Virus record (IMG/VR): IMGVR_UViG_3300028027_000003
Reading direction: 5' to 3' (one strand)
DNA from: a virus
Length of the DNA: 61,672 nucleotides
The notes below the pieces were generated by a model that saw only the letters and a list, made by a program, of their open reading frames with translations, made no database searches and was not told the origin of the DNA. Each line of letters begins with the position of its first letter. The first letter of the stretch is position 1. The translations under genes and the position numbers were made by a program. Positions 17,212-24,888 of the stretch are shown one piece after another.

Positions 17212-17242
17212 GTTTATCCCCTTGTGGTGAGTGTGTTATGTA

Positions 17243-17290
17243 AACTTGGTACCTACCCCAAGTGGTCTCACTTTTATTTAGCCGTGAAGA
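17243..17290 (-). promoter_or_regulatory. Conserved early-region element copy A (hairpin-containing; candidate early promoter/operator)
   Basis: Contains cttggtacctaccccaagtggtctcactt; near-identical ~30-nt core at 17623-17666; stem CTTGG/CCAAG. Confidence 0.45.
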
Positions 17291-17302
17291 CTGTCTTACA
17301 GG

Positions 17303-17593
17303 TTATGCTTCAACTACTTCATTGAACCATACATTACCATCCCATCCTTGTGTGACACCGAAGTGTACCTTCTTACCTACCAATGCACGAGCAGTCTTAT
17401 ATTCCTTACGAGCATGGTCTACATCACGAGTGATGGACATCTTACGGATAACTTGTTGGTCATCCACTGCATACCAGTAACGGTTCTCTTTGTCTACAAA
17501 GACTGCCATCAAGACAGATGGATGAGCTGTGTAAGCTGTTGTGGTTGTGTCGCCCTTGATTGCAAAGGCTGGTTTGATTGCTTGGGTTTCCAT
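17303..17593 (-). CDS. Hypothetical early protein
   Basis: ORF track; preceded by a conserved element. Confidence 0.55.
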   Translation of the reverse strand: METQAIKPAFAIKGDTTTTAYTAHPSVLMAVFVDKENRYWYAVDDQQVIRKMSITRDVDHARKEYKTARALVGKKVHFGVTQGWDGNVWFNEVVEA

Positions 17594-17622
17594 GATGTTT
17601 CCTTTCAGGTTGATGATAACTT

Positions 17623-17666
17623 ACCTTGGTACTTACCCCAAGTGGTCTCACTTATACTCGTGAAGA
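17623..17666 (-). promoter_or_regulatory. Conserved early-region element copy B
   Basis: Contains cttggtacttaccccaagtggtctcactt; 30-73 nt upstream of the ATG at 17593. Confidence 0.45.
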
Positions 17667-17674
17667 GTTAAACC

Positions 17675-17782
17675 TTAGTACGTTACTACCTCATAGTACT
17701 GTGGATCGTACTCATTGAGGATAGTTACTGATGATGTCTTGCACATCAATACTCGAGTGAGTCTATGATAGACGTAATACAT
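17675..17782 (-). CDS. Very small ORF (35 aa, below cutoff)
   Basis: Hand translation MYYVYHRLTRVLMCKTSSVTILNEYDPQYYEVVTY; TAATG overlap and AAGGAG SD embedded in the upstream gene. Confidence 0.35.
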   Translation of the reverse strand: MYYVYHRLTRVLMCKTSSVTILNEYDPQYYEVVTY

Positions 17783-17979
17783 TATAATACTCCTTCGTTG
17801 TGTTTGTCTTCAATGTTACGGATGAGATCAATTGCTTGCATACCAGCTAAGACAGCAGATGCGATCAGGATAACAATAACAAGGATAGCATTGTTGTCAT
17901 GTGTGTAGATCTGATCAACAGACCAAGAGGCAGCAGAGTACCACATCAAAGCGGTAAGGACGTTGAGGATTGTGTACAT
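17782..17979 (-). CDS. First early gene: small two-helix membrane protein
   Basis: ORF track; hydrophobic segments LNVLTALMWYSAASW and AILVIVILIASAVLAGM; SD aaggag upstream. Confidence 0.55.
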   Translation of the reverse strand: MYTILNVLTALMWYSAASWSVDQIYTHDNNAILVIVILIASAVLAGMQAIDLIRNIEDKHNEGVL

Positions 17980-18007
17980 GTTAATCTCCTTGAGTTATGT
18001 ACTAACA

Positions 18008-18046
18008 AGAGCAAGATCGCTCTCCATTGGGTTGTTACACCCAATA
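18008..18046 (-). promoter_or_regulatory. Two adjacent hairpins upstream of the first early gene
   Basis: agagc-aagatc-gctct (18008-18025) and attgggt-tgttac-acccaat (18027-18046), read directly. Confidence 0.4.
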
Positions 18047-18056
18047 GGCAGAGATC

Positions 18057-18521
18057 TTAGGCACGAATAGCAACCAACAGTGCCTCAAGAGCAGCAGCAC
18101 GAGAGTTGTCACCATTAACCTTCCAGTCAGCAACAAACTTAGAGTTGCATTCATCGTCCTCCTCAAAAGCCAAAGACACAATGGCAGGCCACACAGCAGC
18201 AACAACAGGCGGCAAAGCAAAGTCAACAAACGCCTGACCAGACCCGTAAGAACAGACAGACACAGACAAAGCACCGTCCAACGCAACCTCCGACAAGAAC
18301 CGAACAGCAGCGCCAAAGGAAGGAGCAAACGAAGACAGAGACACAGAGACAACAGGAGAAGAAGAAGAAAAAGAGACCACGGAACACCTCCAAGAGAGAA
18401 GACAGGGCAACAGCGCCCAACGAGACCCGACCAGCAGCACGACACCCCAGCACGAGACAGGGGGGTCACACGACACAGAAGGGGGAGAACAAACAAACAC
18501 ATGATTCTTTTTCACACACAA
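18057..18521 (-). CDS. Questionable ORF running through the A-free (minus strand) block
   Basis: TTG start, no SD; the C-terminal 37 codons (18057-18170) have normal composition and NNT-rich codons like the capsid gene; the rest is open only because no stop can form. Confidence 0.2.
   Translation of the reverse strand: MCVKKNHVFVCSPPSVSCDPPVSCWGVVLLVGSRWALLPCLLSWRCSVVSFSSSSPVVSVSLSSFAPSFGAAVRFLSEVALDGALSVSVCSYGSGQAFVDFALPPVVAAVWPAIVSLAFEEDDECNSKFVADWKVNGDNSRAAALEALLVAIRA
18170..18500. other. Extreme strand-asymmetric block: plus strand almost devoid of T
   Basis: My count is 8 T in 331 nt; T-free runs at 18290-18388 and 18390-18465; A>C>G; sits between the divergent arms. Confidence 0.9.
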
Positions 18522-18550
18522 AGACTAAGGGGGTTATAGAAAAAATAACA

Positions 18551-18572
18551 AAGAGTAGTCCCCTAATAGAGA
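18551..18572 (+). promoter_or_regulatory. Phage RNAP promoter candidate driving the late/structural arm
   Basis: AAGAGTAGTCCCCTAATAGAGA, 18 nt upstream of the TerL ATG. Confidence 0.7.
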
Positions 18573-18589
18573 AACTATAACGAAAGCAT

Positions 18590-20230
18590 ATGTCTAACAT
18601 CTCAAACACCCGCAAGCTAGAGGCTTTAAGGGAACTAAAGCGAAGAGAAAAACTCGCAGAATACCAAAATAACTTTGAACTCTTTGCGAAAGAGCAGATA
18701 AAGATTCTACCCAAAGACTCCCGACTAGGATTCCAACCCTTTCTCTTTAATGACGCCCAGAAGATTGTTAATGATGCGATCGAGGGGCAACTAAAGGAAA
18801 CGGGCAAAGTCAGGGCTATTATTTTAAAAGCCCGTCAGATGGGTCTTTCTACATATACTACTGGTAGAGTATTCTGGAAGTCTTATTTCAATGCTTTTAA
18901 CAAGTCAGTTGTCATGGCTCATGATGCTGCAACCTCAGACGCTCTCTTTACTATGTCCAGGAATATTATTTCTAATATGCCTGAGCAGTTCTCACCCACA
19001 TTAAAGCGGTCTAATGCAAAAGAGATTATGTTTGAACATAATGATTCTGGTTATAGATTGTATACAGCTGGTTCTCCTGAGGCAGGTAGGGGTATTACAC
19101 CAACAATCGCACATCTTTCAGAAGTTTCTTTCTGGCTCCATGATGAAAAGATTTTAGCGGGATTATTCCAGGGGATCTCCCAAGCAGATGGTACAGAGGT
19201 TATTCTCGAGAGTACGGCTAATGGGGTAGGTAACTCTTTTCATAGGTTATGGACAGATGCTGTAGCAGGTAAAAATGAGTATGTTCCTATATTCGTACCT
19301 TGGTTCCTTATGTCTGAATACCAGAGGAAGACACCTGAGGGGTTTGAGAGGACAGATGAGGAAGAGTTACTTGTTACAAGGTTTAGCTTAACTGATGAAC
19401 AGTTATACTGGAGAAGATTAAAGATTGCTGAGAGTGGTATTGATAAATTCAAACAAGAATACCCAGCTACTCCTGAAGAAGCCTTTATTGTATCTGGCTC
19501 TAATGTATTTAATATTGAAAAGTTAAATAGGTTAATACCACAACCAATCCTAGCTCAAAGAGAATTTAACTTTGAGAGTATGATGATGGAGGATGCCCGA
19601 CAGGGGTCTATTGAAATATTTAAGTATCCTTCTTTTGATCAATCTTTTGTTATAGCTGCTGATGTATCCTTAGGGGTAGGCAAAGATCATTCTGCCGCAG
19701 TAGTTATGAATGCAGAAAAAGAAGTATGTGCCACGTATAGAAATAATATGATTGATCCCAGTAAGTTTGGGGATCTATTGTTTTATTTAGGTAGGTACTA
19801 TAATAATGCTTTAATGGCTGTAGAGTCAAATAGTATGGGTATTGCTACTCTGAATAGACTAGTTCAGATGGGTTATGTCAATATGTACTATCAGACTAAG
19901 ATGGCTAATGTATCTAAGGAAGAGGGTATGCGGATGGGTTGGAGAACAACAACATCATCTAAACCAGCTATCATTGGATTTCTTAAGAGTGCTATTGAAC
20001 AAGAGGAAATATGGATACCTTCAAGGACTATTATTGGGGAGTTAATGAATTATGTGGCTGATGACAATGGTAGGACAAATGCTATTGTTGGTCACAATGA
20101 TGATACCGTTATCGCTCTTGCTATTGCTCTCGAAGTAATAAGGACACACGGAGATAAACTAACAACAACTAATGTACCCTTCACACAGAAGATGGGTTCA
20201 TTCCAACAAATAGAAACAACATGGTTGTAA
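18590..20230 (+). CDS. terL: Terminase large subunit
   Basis: ATPase-like ILKARQMGLSTY segment, C-terminal RNaseH-like nuclease acidic motifs (IAADVSLGVGKDHSAAVVM, VESNSMG, GHNDDTV); first gene of the structural arm. Confidence 0.8.
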   Translation: MSNISNTRKLEALRELKRREKLAEYQNNFELFAKEQIKILPKDSRLGFQPFLFNDAQKIVNDAIEGQLKETGKVRAIILKARQMGLSTYTTGRVFWKSYFNAFNKSVVMAHDAATSDALFTMSRNIISNMPEQFSPTLKRSNAKEIMFEHNDSGYRLYTAGSPEAGRGITPTIAHLSEVSFWLHDEKILAGLFQGISQADGTEVILESTANGVGNSFHRLWTDAVAGKNEYVPIFVPWFLMSEYQRKTPEGFERTDEEELLVTRFSLTDEQLYWRRLKIAESGIDKFKQEYPATPEEAFIVSGSNVFNIEKLNRLIPQPILAQREFNFESMMMEDARQGSIEIFKYPSFDQSFVIAADVSLGVGKDHSAAVVMNAEKEVCATYRNNMIDPSKFGDLLFYLGRYYNNALMAVESNSMGIATLNRLVQMGYVNMYYQTKMANVSKEEGMRMGWRTTTSSKPAIIGFLKSAIEQEEIWIPSRTIIGELMNYVADDNGRTNAIVGHNDDTVIALAIALEVIRTHGDKLTTTNVPFTQKMGSFQQIETTWL

Positions 20231-20239
20231 AGGAATATA

Positions 20240-20500
20240 ATGGCAAAAGATCCAAGGTTAGAGAGAGCTGGAGTATCAGGGTTTAATAAACCTAAGAGAA
20301 CACCCAGTCATCCAACAAAGAGTCATGTGGTAGTAGCTAAGAGTGGTGACACTGTTAAGACTATCAGGTTTGGTGAACAAGGTACTCAAGGGAGTCCTGA
20401 TGGTTCAAAAAGGAATGAAGCTTTTAAAGCCAGACACGCAAGTAATATTGCCAAAGGGCCACTATCAGCGGCATATTGGGCTAACAAAGTAAAGTGGTAA
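20240..20500 (+). CDS. Conserved small basic phage protein
   Basis: ORF track; GFNKPKRTPSHPTKSHVV..IRFGEQG pattern recalled from marine phage genomes (memory only). Confidence 0.55.
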   Translation: MAKDPRLERAGVSGFNKPKRTPSHPTKSHVVVAKSGDTVKTIRFGEQGTQGSPDGSKRNEAFKARHASNIAKGPLSAAYWANKVKW

Positions 20501-20506
20501 AATAAT

Positions 20507-20665
20507 ATGGCTATTGATTTAAGCTTACGTGGTAAAGAAAAGGAACAATTAAAGTCCTTAATTAAACCACAACAACCAAATAAACTAGTAAATCCTAAAC
20601 AGGATAGTAAACTAAAAGAATCTGATGGTCGATTTATGGCTATCAGAGGACAACAATACAAATAG
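20507..20665 (+). CDS. Small hypothetical protein (52 aa, below cutoff)
   Basis: Hand translation MAIDLSLRGKEKEQLKSLIKPQQPNKLVNPKQDSKLKESDGRFMAIRGQQYK. Confidence 0.35.
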   Translation: MAIDLSLRGKEKEQLKSLIKPQQPNKLVNPKQDSKLKESDGRFMAIRGQQYK

Positions 20666-20811
20666 ATACAAAGTTCCCTTGTGTCCAACCTTGTTGGCTA
20701 CTCATGGGGAAGGAACAAAGTAGTAGCACTAATTAATAGGTCATTGTTGACCTTGACTGATTGACAGATAGTAGTGGCGTAGACACGACCACTTACCCAG
20801 AAAGGTTAACA

Positions 20812-23064
20812 ATGGCAGACAATACAAATACTCCTATCAGAATTACTGACAGGTATAAAGAGCCAGTAGGTGATAATGAACTATTAGCTATGATTGAACA
20901 GGGTGTAATGAACTCTGTTGGTGACTTCTTAAATAGTTCTGACTTAGCTCGTGAAAGACAGAAGGCTACCTACGAATATGGTATGATGCCTCAGTACCAT
21001 TTGACTCCTCAAGGGGTGTCACAGATTGTTTCTTCAGATACTGTAGAGGCAGTTGAGGGTTATACAGCTATTATTGCTGAATTAATGTTTAACAACAATA
21101 AACTAGCTCGTTTTCTACCTGCTGGACCCACTCCCACAGACTATCACCATGCAAAAGTAGCTTCTGACCTCACTAATTATGCTATTTTTAAGCAGAATCC
21201 TGGTTGGGAAATCTTAAATACATGGGTTAAATCTGCTCTTTTGTGGAAGAATAGTATTGTTCGGTGGGAGTTTATTGAGGATTTTGACTATTCTTTTGAA
21301 GAATATGAGTCAATCTCTCAAGAAAATCTAGATTTAGTTTTATCTGACTCTGATGTAGAAATTATAGGTAACTTAAACTATGATCAAGAGTTAGGTATGA
21401 ATCCTGATGGTAACTCAGAGTACCAAATGATTTATAAAGATGTTCGTTTAAAACGTAAAACAAATAAGACACGAGTTCTTATTAAGAACGTACATCCAGA
21501 ATGTTTTAGGATTACACGAGATGCACATTCATTAGATGATGCTGCTTTCGTAGGTATCCAAATTGACATGACCCGATCAGAGGTCAGAAAGTTTTTCCCT
21601 GATATAGCAGAGAACATTGATTGGGACGCGATTGGTGATGGGTCATATGATTGGGCCACCAAGTACACCGAAGAGCAAGCTGCTCGTAAGCGTTTAGTCG
21701 GTGAAGAGTACTGGCTAGGGGGAAATTCAAGGGAGCTATTCCCTTCTGAAGCTAACAGACAGCTAACTGTTATCGAGTGTTGGTTAAGAGTAGACAGAGA
21801 TGGTGATGGTATTGCTGAATTAAAGCATTTCATTATTGCTGGATCAACAATTCTTCTTGAAGAAGATTGTGATATGATTCCATTAGCAACTCTTTGTCCT
21901 TTTGAAGTACCTCACGAATTCTTTGGTATGAGTGTTGCAGATATGGTTCGTCCAGCTACACTTGCTACTACTGCTATTATGCGTGGATTCGTAGAGAATG
22001 TATACTTAACTAACTATGCACCTAAATTAGCTGATCCTAATGTAGTAGACTTTAGTGCTCTTCAGAATATGAAGCCTAAACAGATTATTGCTACTAATGG
22101 AAACCCACAGACTGCTGTGTCCTCTATGACTCCTGACGCTATTAGTGCAGGAACTGTACCTATCCTTGAGATGTTACAGGTTCATAAAGAACAAGCTACT
22201 GGTATGGGTAAAGCTGCTCAAGGTTTAAATGATACATTATATGTGTCAGGTAACAGTGAAGAAAAGATGCAGAAAGCTATGTCTGCTGCCCAAGTACGTA
22301 TTCAGTTTATGGCACGTAGATTTGCTGAGACTGGTTTTAAACGTCTTTGTGATGGTGTATACCGTACCATGAGAACTAAACTCCGTGGTAAAGTAATTAA
22401 GTACACTGATCAGAATGATATCTTTAAGTCAGTTGACCCATCAACATTACCAAACAATATGCTCATGTATATTGATGCGGATGTAGGTGAGAATGGCAAC
22501 AGCAATATTGTTAAGAAGATGACTATGGTTGGTCAGCAGTTACTACCTGCATTAATGCAAGCGGGGGCTGGTGCATCAATTAATCCTGAAGCAGCTGTAC
22601 GTATTGCTTGTAAAACTTTAGAAGCATTAGACATGGATCCTTTAGATTTCCTTGTTGACTATACTTCACCTGAGTTTAAACAACAGGCTATTCAGTCAAG
22701 AGAGAATGAACAAAAGGCTGGTGAAAAGCTTAAACAATTAGAAGAACAAGTTAAGATGTTAGACTTAGCTCAAAGACAAGCTACTATTGACTTGACTAAT
22801 GTACAAGCTCGTAATGCACTTCAAGATAATACAAAACAACTGATGGTTGCTCTAGATAAATCCTATCAAGAGTGGGGTAAGTTGTATATTATGGCGGCTA
22901 AAGAAGGTGTTACACCTCCACAGCAACCTGATATTACTAAGCTACTAGAGATGGCTAAACAGTTTATTGATACAGATATTAATACTAATGCATCTAAGCT
23001 GGATAATGGTGCTCAAATACCTCAGGTACAAGGGCCAGCAGCAGAGATGCCACAACAACAGTAA
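20812..23064 (+). CDS. Portal protein
   Basis: About 750 aa, position after TerL, acidic/Gln-rich C-terminus; the ORF track starts at a TTG (20761), ATG MADNTNTP at 20812 has an SD. Confidence 0.7.
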   Translation: MADNTNTPIRITDRYKEPVGDNELLAMIEQGVMNSVGDFLNSSDLARERQKATYEYGMMPQYHLTPQGVSQIVSSDTVEAVEGYTAIIAELMFNNNKLARFLPAGPTPTDYHHAKVASDLTNYAIFKQNPGWEILNTWVKSALLWKNSIVRWEFIEDFDYSFEEYESISQENLDLVLSDSDVEIIGNLNYDQELGMNPDGNSEYQMIYKDVRLKRKTNKTRVLIKNVHPECFRITRDAHSLDDAAFVGIQIDMTRSEVRKFFPDIAENIDWDAIGDGSYDWATKYTEEQAARKRLVGEEYWLGGNSRELFPSEANRQLTVIECWLRVDRDGDGIAELKHFIIAGSTILLEEDCDMIPLATLCPFEVPHEFFGMSVADMVRPATLATTAIMRGFVENVYLTNYAPKLADPNVVDFSALQNMKPKQIIATNGNPQTAVSSMTPDAISAGTVPILEMLQVHKEQATGMGKAAQGLNDTLYVSGNSEEKMQKAMSAAQVRIQFMARRFAETGFKRLCDGVYRTMRTKLRGKVIKYTDQNDIFKSVDPSTLPNNMLMYIDADVGENGNSNIVKKMTMVGQQLLPALMQAGAGASINPEAAVRIACKTLEALDMDPLDFLVDYTSPEFKQQAIQSRENEQKAGEKLKQLEEQVKMLDLAQRQATIDLTNVQARNALQDNTKQLMVALDKSYQEWGKLYIMAAKEGVTPPQQPDITKLLEMAKQFIDTDINTNASKLDNGAQIPQVQGPAAEMPQQQ

Positions 23065-23077
23065 ATAAAGAAAGCTT

Positions 23078-23440
23078 ATGGATAAATACAAAGGCGGCTT
23101 CGAGAAGAGAGTGAAGCCCAAAATGAACCATGAGACAGGCGAATATAAAGTAGAACCTTTCCGAGACTCCCAAGTGGCTCTCGGGAAGGCTGAGTTTGCC
23201 AGTCGTGAGAGGGAACAATTCTTTGGTGATGCATATGGAGAGATTTTATCTGATCTCTTTGTTACATGGTTAAAGACTGAACCCCATTGTGCTAAGGAAC
23301 GGGAATACCTATACCATACAGCTATGGCGTTAGGCTCCGTGAAAGAAAAGCTTATTGGTATCGAGCGTTTCGGTGCTAACATGCAATTCTTAAATAAACA
23401 AAAACAGGAATCCCAAGAAGGGGAAAATGAGAATGAGTAA
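23078..23440 (+). CDS. Hypothetical head-module protein
   Basis: ORF track; between portal and scaffold. Confidence 0.5.
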   Translation: MDKYKGGFEKRVKPKMNHETGEYKVEPFRDSQVALGKAEFASREREQFFGDAYGEILSDLFVTWLKTEPHCAKEREYLYHTAMALGSVKEKLIGIERFGANMQFLNKQKQESQEGENENE

Positions 23441-23693
23441 ATATTCAACAGTAAAGCAAGTATTATTACGTTCCAGAGAAGAGATCCTACGTGAACTCTC
23501 ACGAGCTGGAGAGAATGGCGGTACGGGTTTAGCCCAACGCTATGCACCCATCTTAGTAAGTCTTCAAGGTGCTATTGAGGTTATTGATCGTATTGATGAT
23601 CAACCCACAGTAACTACTAAAGCGGCTGGCAAAGAATTTGCCGAAAAGATGGCGGCAGCTAAGGCTGCTAAGAAGACTGCTGTTGCAGTTTAA
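23427..23693 (+). CDS. Hypothetical head-module protein
   Basis: ORF track. Confidence 0.5.
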   Translation: MRMSKYSTVKQVLLRSREEILRELSRAGENGGTGLAQRYAPILVSLQGAIEVIDRIDDQPTVTTKAAGKEFAEKMAAAKAAKKTAVAV

Positions 23694-23716
23694 TTGGACA
23701 CAAAGGTAAATAATTT

Positions 23717-24856
23717 ATGAATCTACAACATCTCTCTACCAACACTCCTGCCTCCAACGTGAGTAGTCAGGACTTTGATGACGGAAGTTATAGTGCAGAT
23801 TTGGAAGCAAAGGGTCTTGATGACATTCTTCGTAACTCACCAGCAGCAAAACTGCTTGGGTTAAAGGAAGAATCTCTACCAACAGAAGACTTAGGCGTCC
23901 CAAATCCAGATGAATCATCGGCAGAAGAAGCCCAAGAAGAGAACGATGAGGAGTCTGCAACTGACCTAGATGAAGAGGAAGAATCAACAGAAGACAAAGA
24001 AGAAAGTAAAGATGAGGATGATACGTCTACCCAAAACTCTGAACTACCTTCTGAAGAAGATATTGATTGGGAATATAAAGTACCTGTAACCGTTGACGGT
24101 AAAACAGAGTACGTTACCCTAGAAGAAATCCGTAAGGGTTATTCTACTGATAAACATCTATCTCAAAAGGGGCGTGAACTAGGCGAACTGAAGAAACAGG
24201 TCGAACTAGAAAGAAATGAAAAGTTACAAGAAATTGTACAATTAGGTACGGTAATTAATGAAGAATTAACTGCTGTTGAAACTAATCTTGCCAAAGAGTA
24301 TCACAAAGTTAAGGCTGAAATTGATAAAGCACGAGAAGATGGGGATACCTATACTGCTCGTGAATTAAAAGATCAATTAGAAACAGTGCAAGAAAAGTAT
24401 TGGAAGGCACGATCTAATCGTGAAGCCAAGACAACAGCTATCGTAGAACAATTACAGGCTCAACAAGCTGAGTATCAACAACAACAACTTAAGAACTATG
24501 AAGAGAAGATTACGGAATTTATTCCTGACTACTCTGAAAAAGTTGCTACAAGTATTCGTGAGTTTGCCCTTAAAGAAGGCTTACCTGAAGAGTTGTTGAA
24601 TCAAGTATATGACCCCGTAGTTGTTAAATTTATTAATGATTATCGTAAATTAAAAACCGCAAAGGAAACTGGCGAAGTGAAACGTAAAGCAGCACCATCT
24701 GTAAAATCGATACCCTCTAAAAAGGGAAATTCGATCTCCCAGAAGGAACAACAAAGTAACACTAACAACCGTTCCCGAGTTCTTTCTGGTCAAGGATCAA
24801 AACAAGACGAATTAGATTTTCTAAAACGTATTTCTTCGGTGAGCAAAAAACTTTGA
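23717..24856 (+). CDS. Scaffolding protein
   Basis: Highly acidic N-terminal third, long predicted coiled coil, immediately upstream of the capsid gene. Confidence 0.6.
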   Translation: MNLQHLSTNTPASNVSSQDFDDGSYSADLEAKGLDDILRNSPAAKLLGLKEESLPTEDLGVPNPDESSAEEAQEENDEESATDLDEEEESTEDKEESKDEDDTSTQNSELPSEEDIDWEYKVPVTVDGKTEYVTLEEIRKGYSTDKHLSQKGRELGELKKQVELERNEKLQEIVQLGTVINEELTAVETNLAKEYHKVKAEIDKAREDGDTYTARELKDQLETVQEKYWKARSNREAKTTAIVEQLQAQQAEYQQQQLKNYEEKITEFIPDYSEKVATSIREFALKEGLPEELLNQVYDPVVVKFINDYRKLKTAKETGEVKRKAAPSVKSIPSKKGNSISQKEQQSNTNNRSRVLSGQGSKQDELDFLKRISSVSKKL

Positions 24857-24888
24857 TTTAAATTTCTCACTATTAAGGAAAAAACAAA

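Noticed and set aside
17623-17666. Sigma70 promoter reading of the early elements (TTGGGG-17 nt-TATCAT)
   Set aside because: It works for copy B only. Copy A has TAACAC at the -10 position, and the conserved core extends well beyond -35/-10 hexamers.
18170-18500. A-rich block as the template repeat of a diversity-generating retroelement targeting the fibre genes
   Set aside because: No reverse transcriptase or Avd-like gene occurs anywhere in the genome, and I saw no cognate variable repeat in the fibre genes.
18035-18807. Overlapping minus-strand ORFs 18035..18502, 18223..18453 and 18466..18807 from the ORF track
   Set aside because: They exist because the minus strand here has almost no A, so stop codons cannot form. 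They overlap each other in all three frames, have F/L/S/C/W/P/R/V/A/G-only composition, and the last one runs antisense into TerL. I treat them as compositional artefacts. Only the 18057..18521 frame is kept, as a low-confidence possibility.
21432-23547. Long antisense ORFs opposite well-supported genes (for example 21432..21833, 22945..23547, 30982..31386, 43761..44075, 59917..60348, 12145..12468, 17348..17671)
   Set aside because: They are shadow ORFs fully inside genes with clear family motifs or strong tiling on the other strand. Their composition is low-complexity or Cys/Leu-rich.
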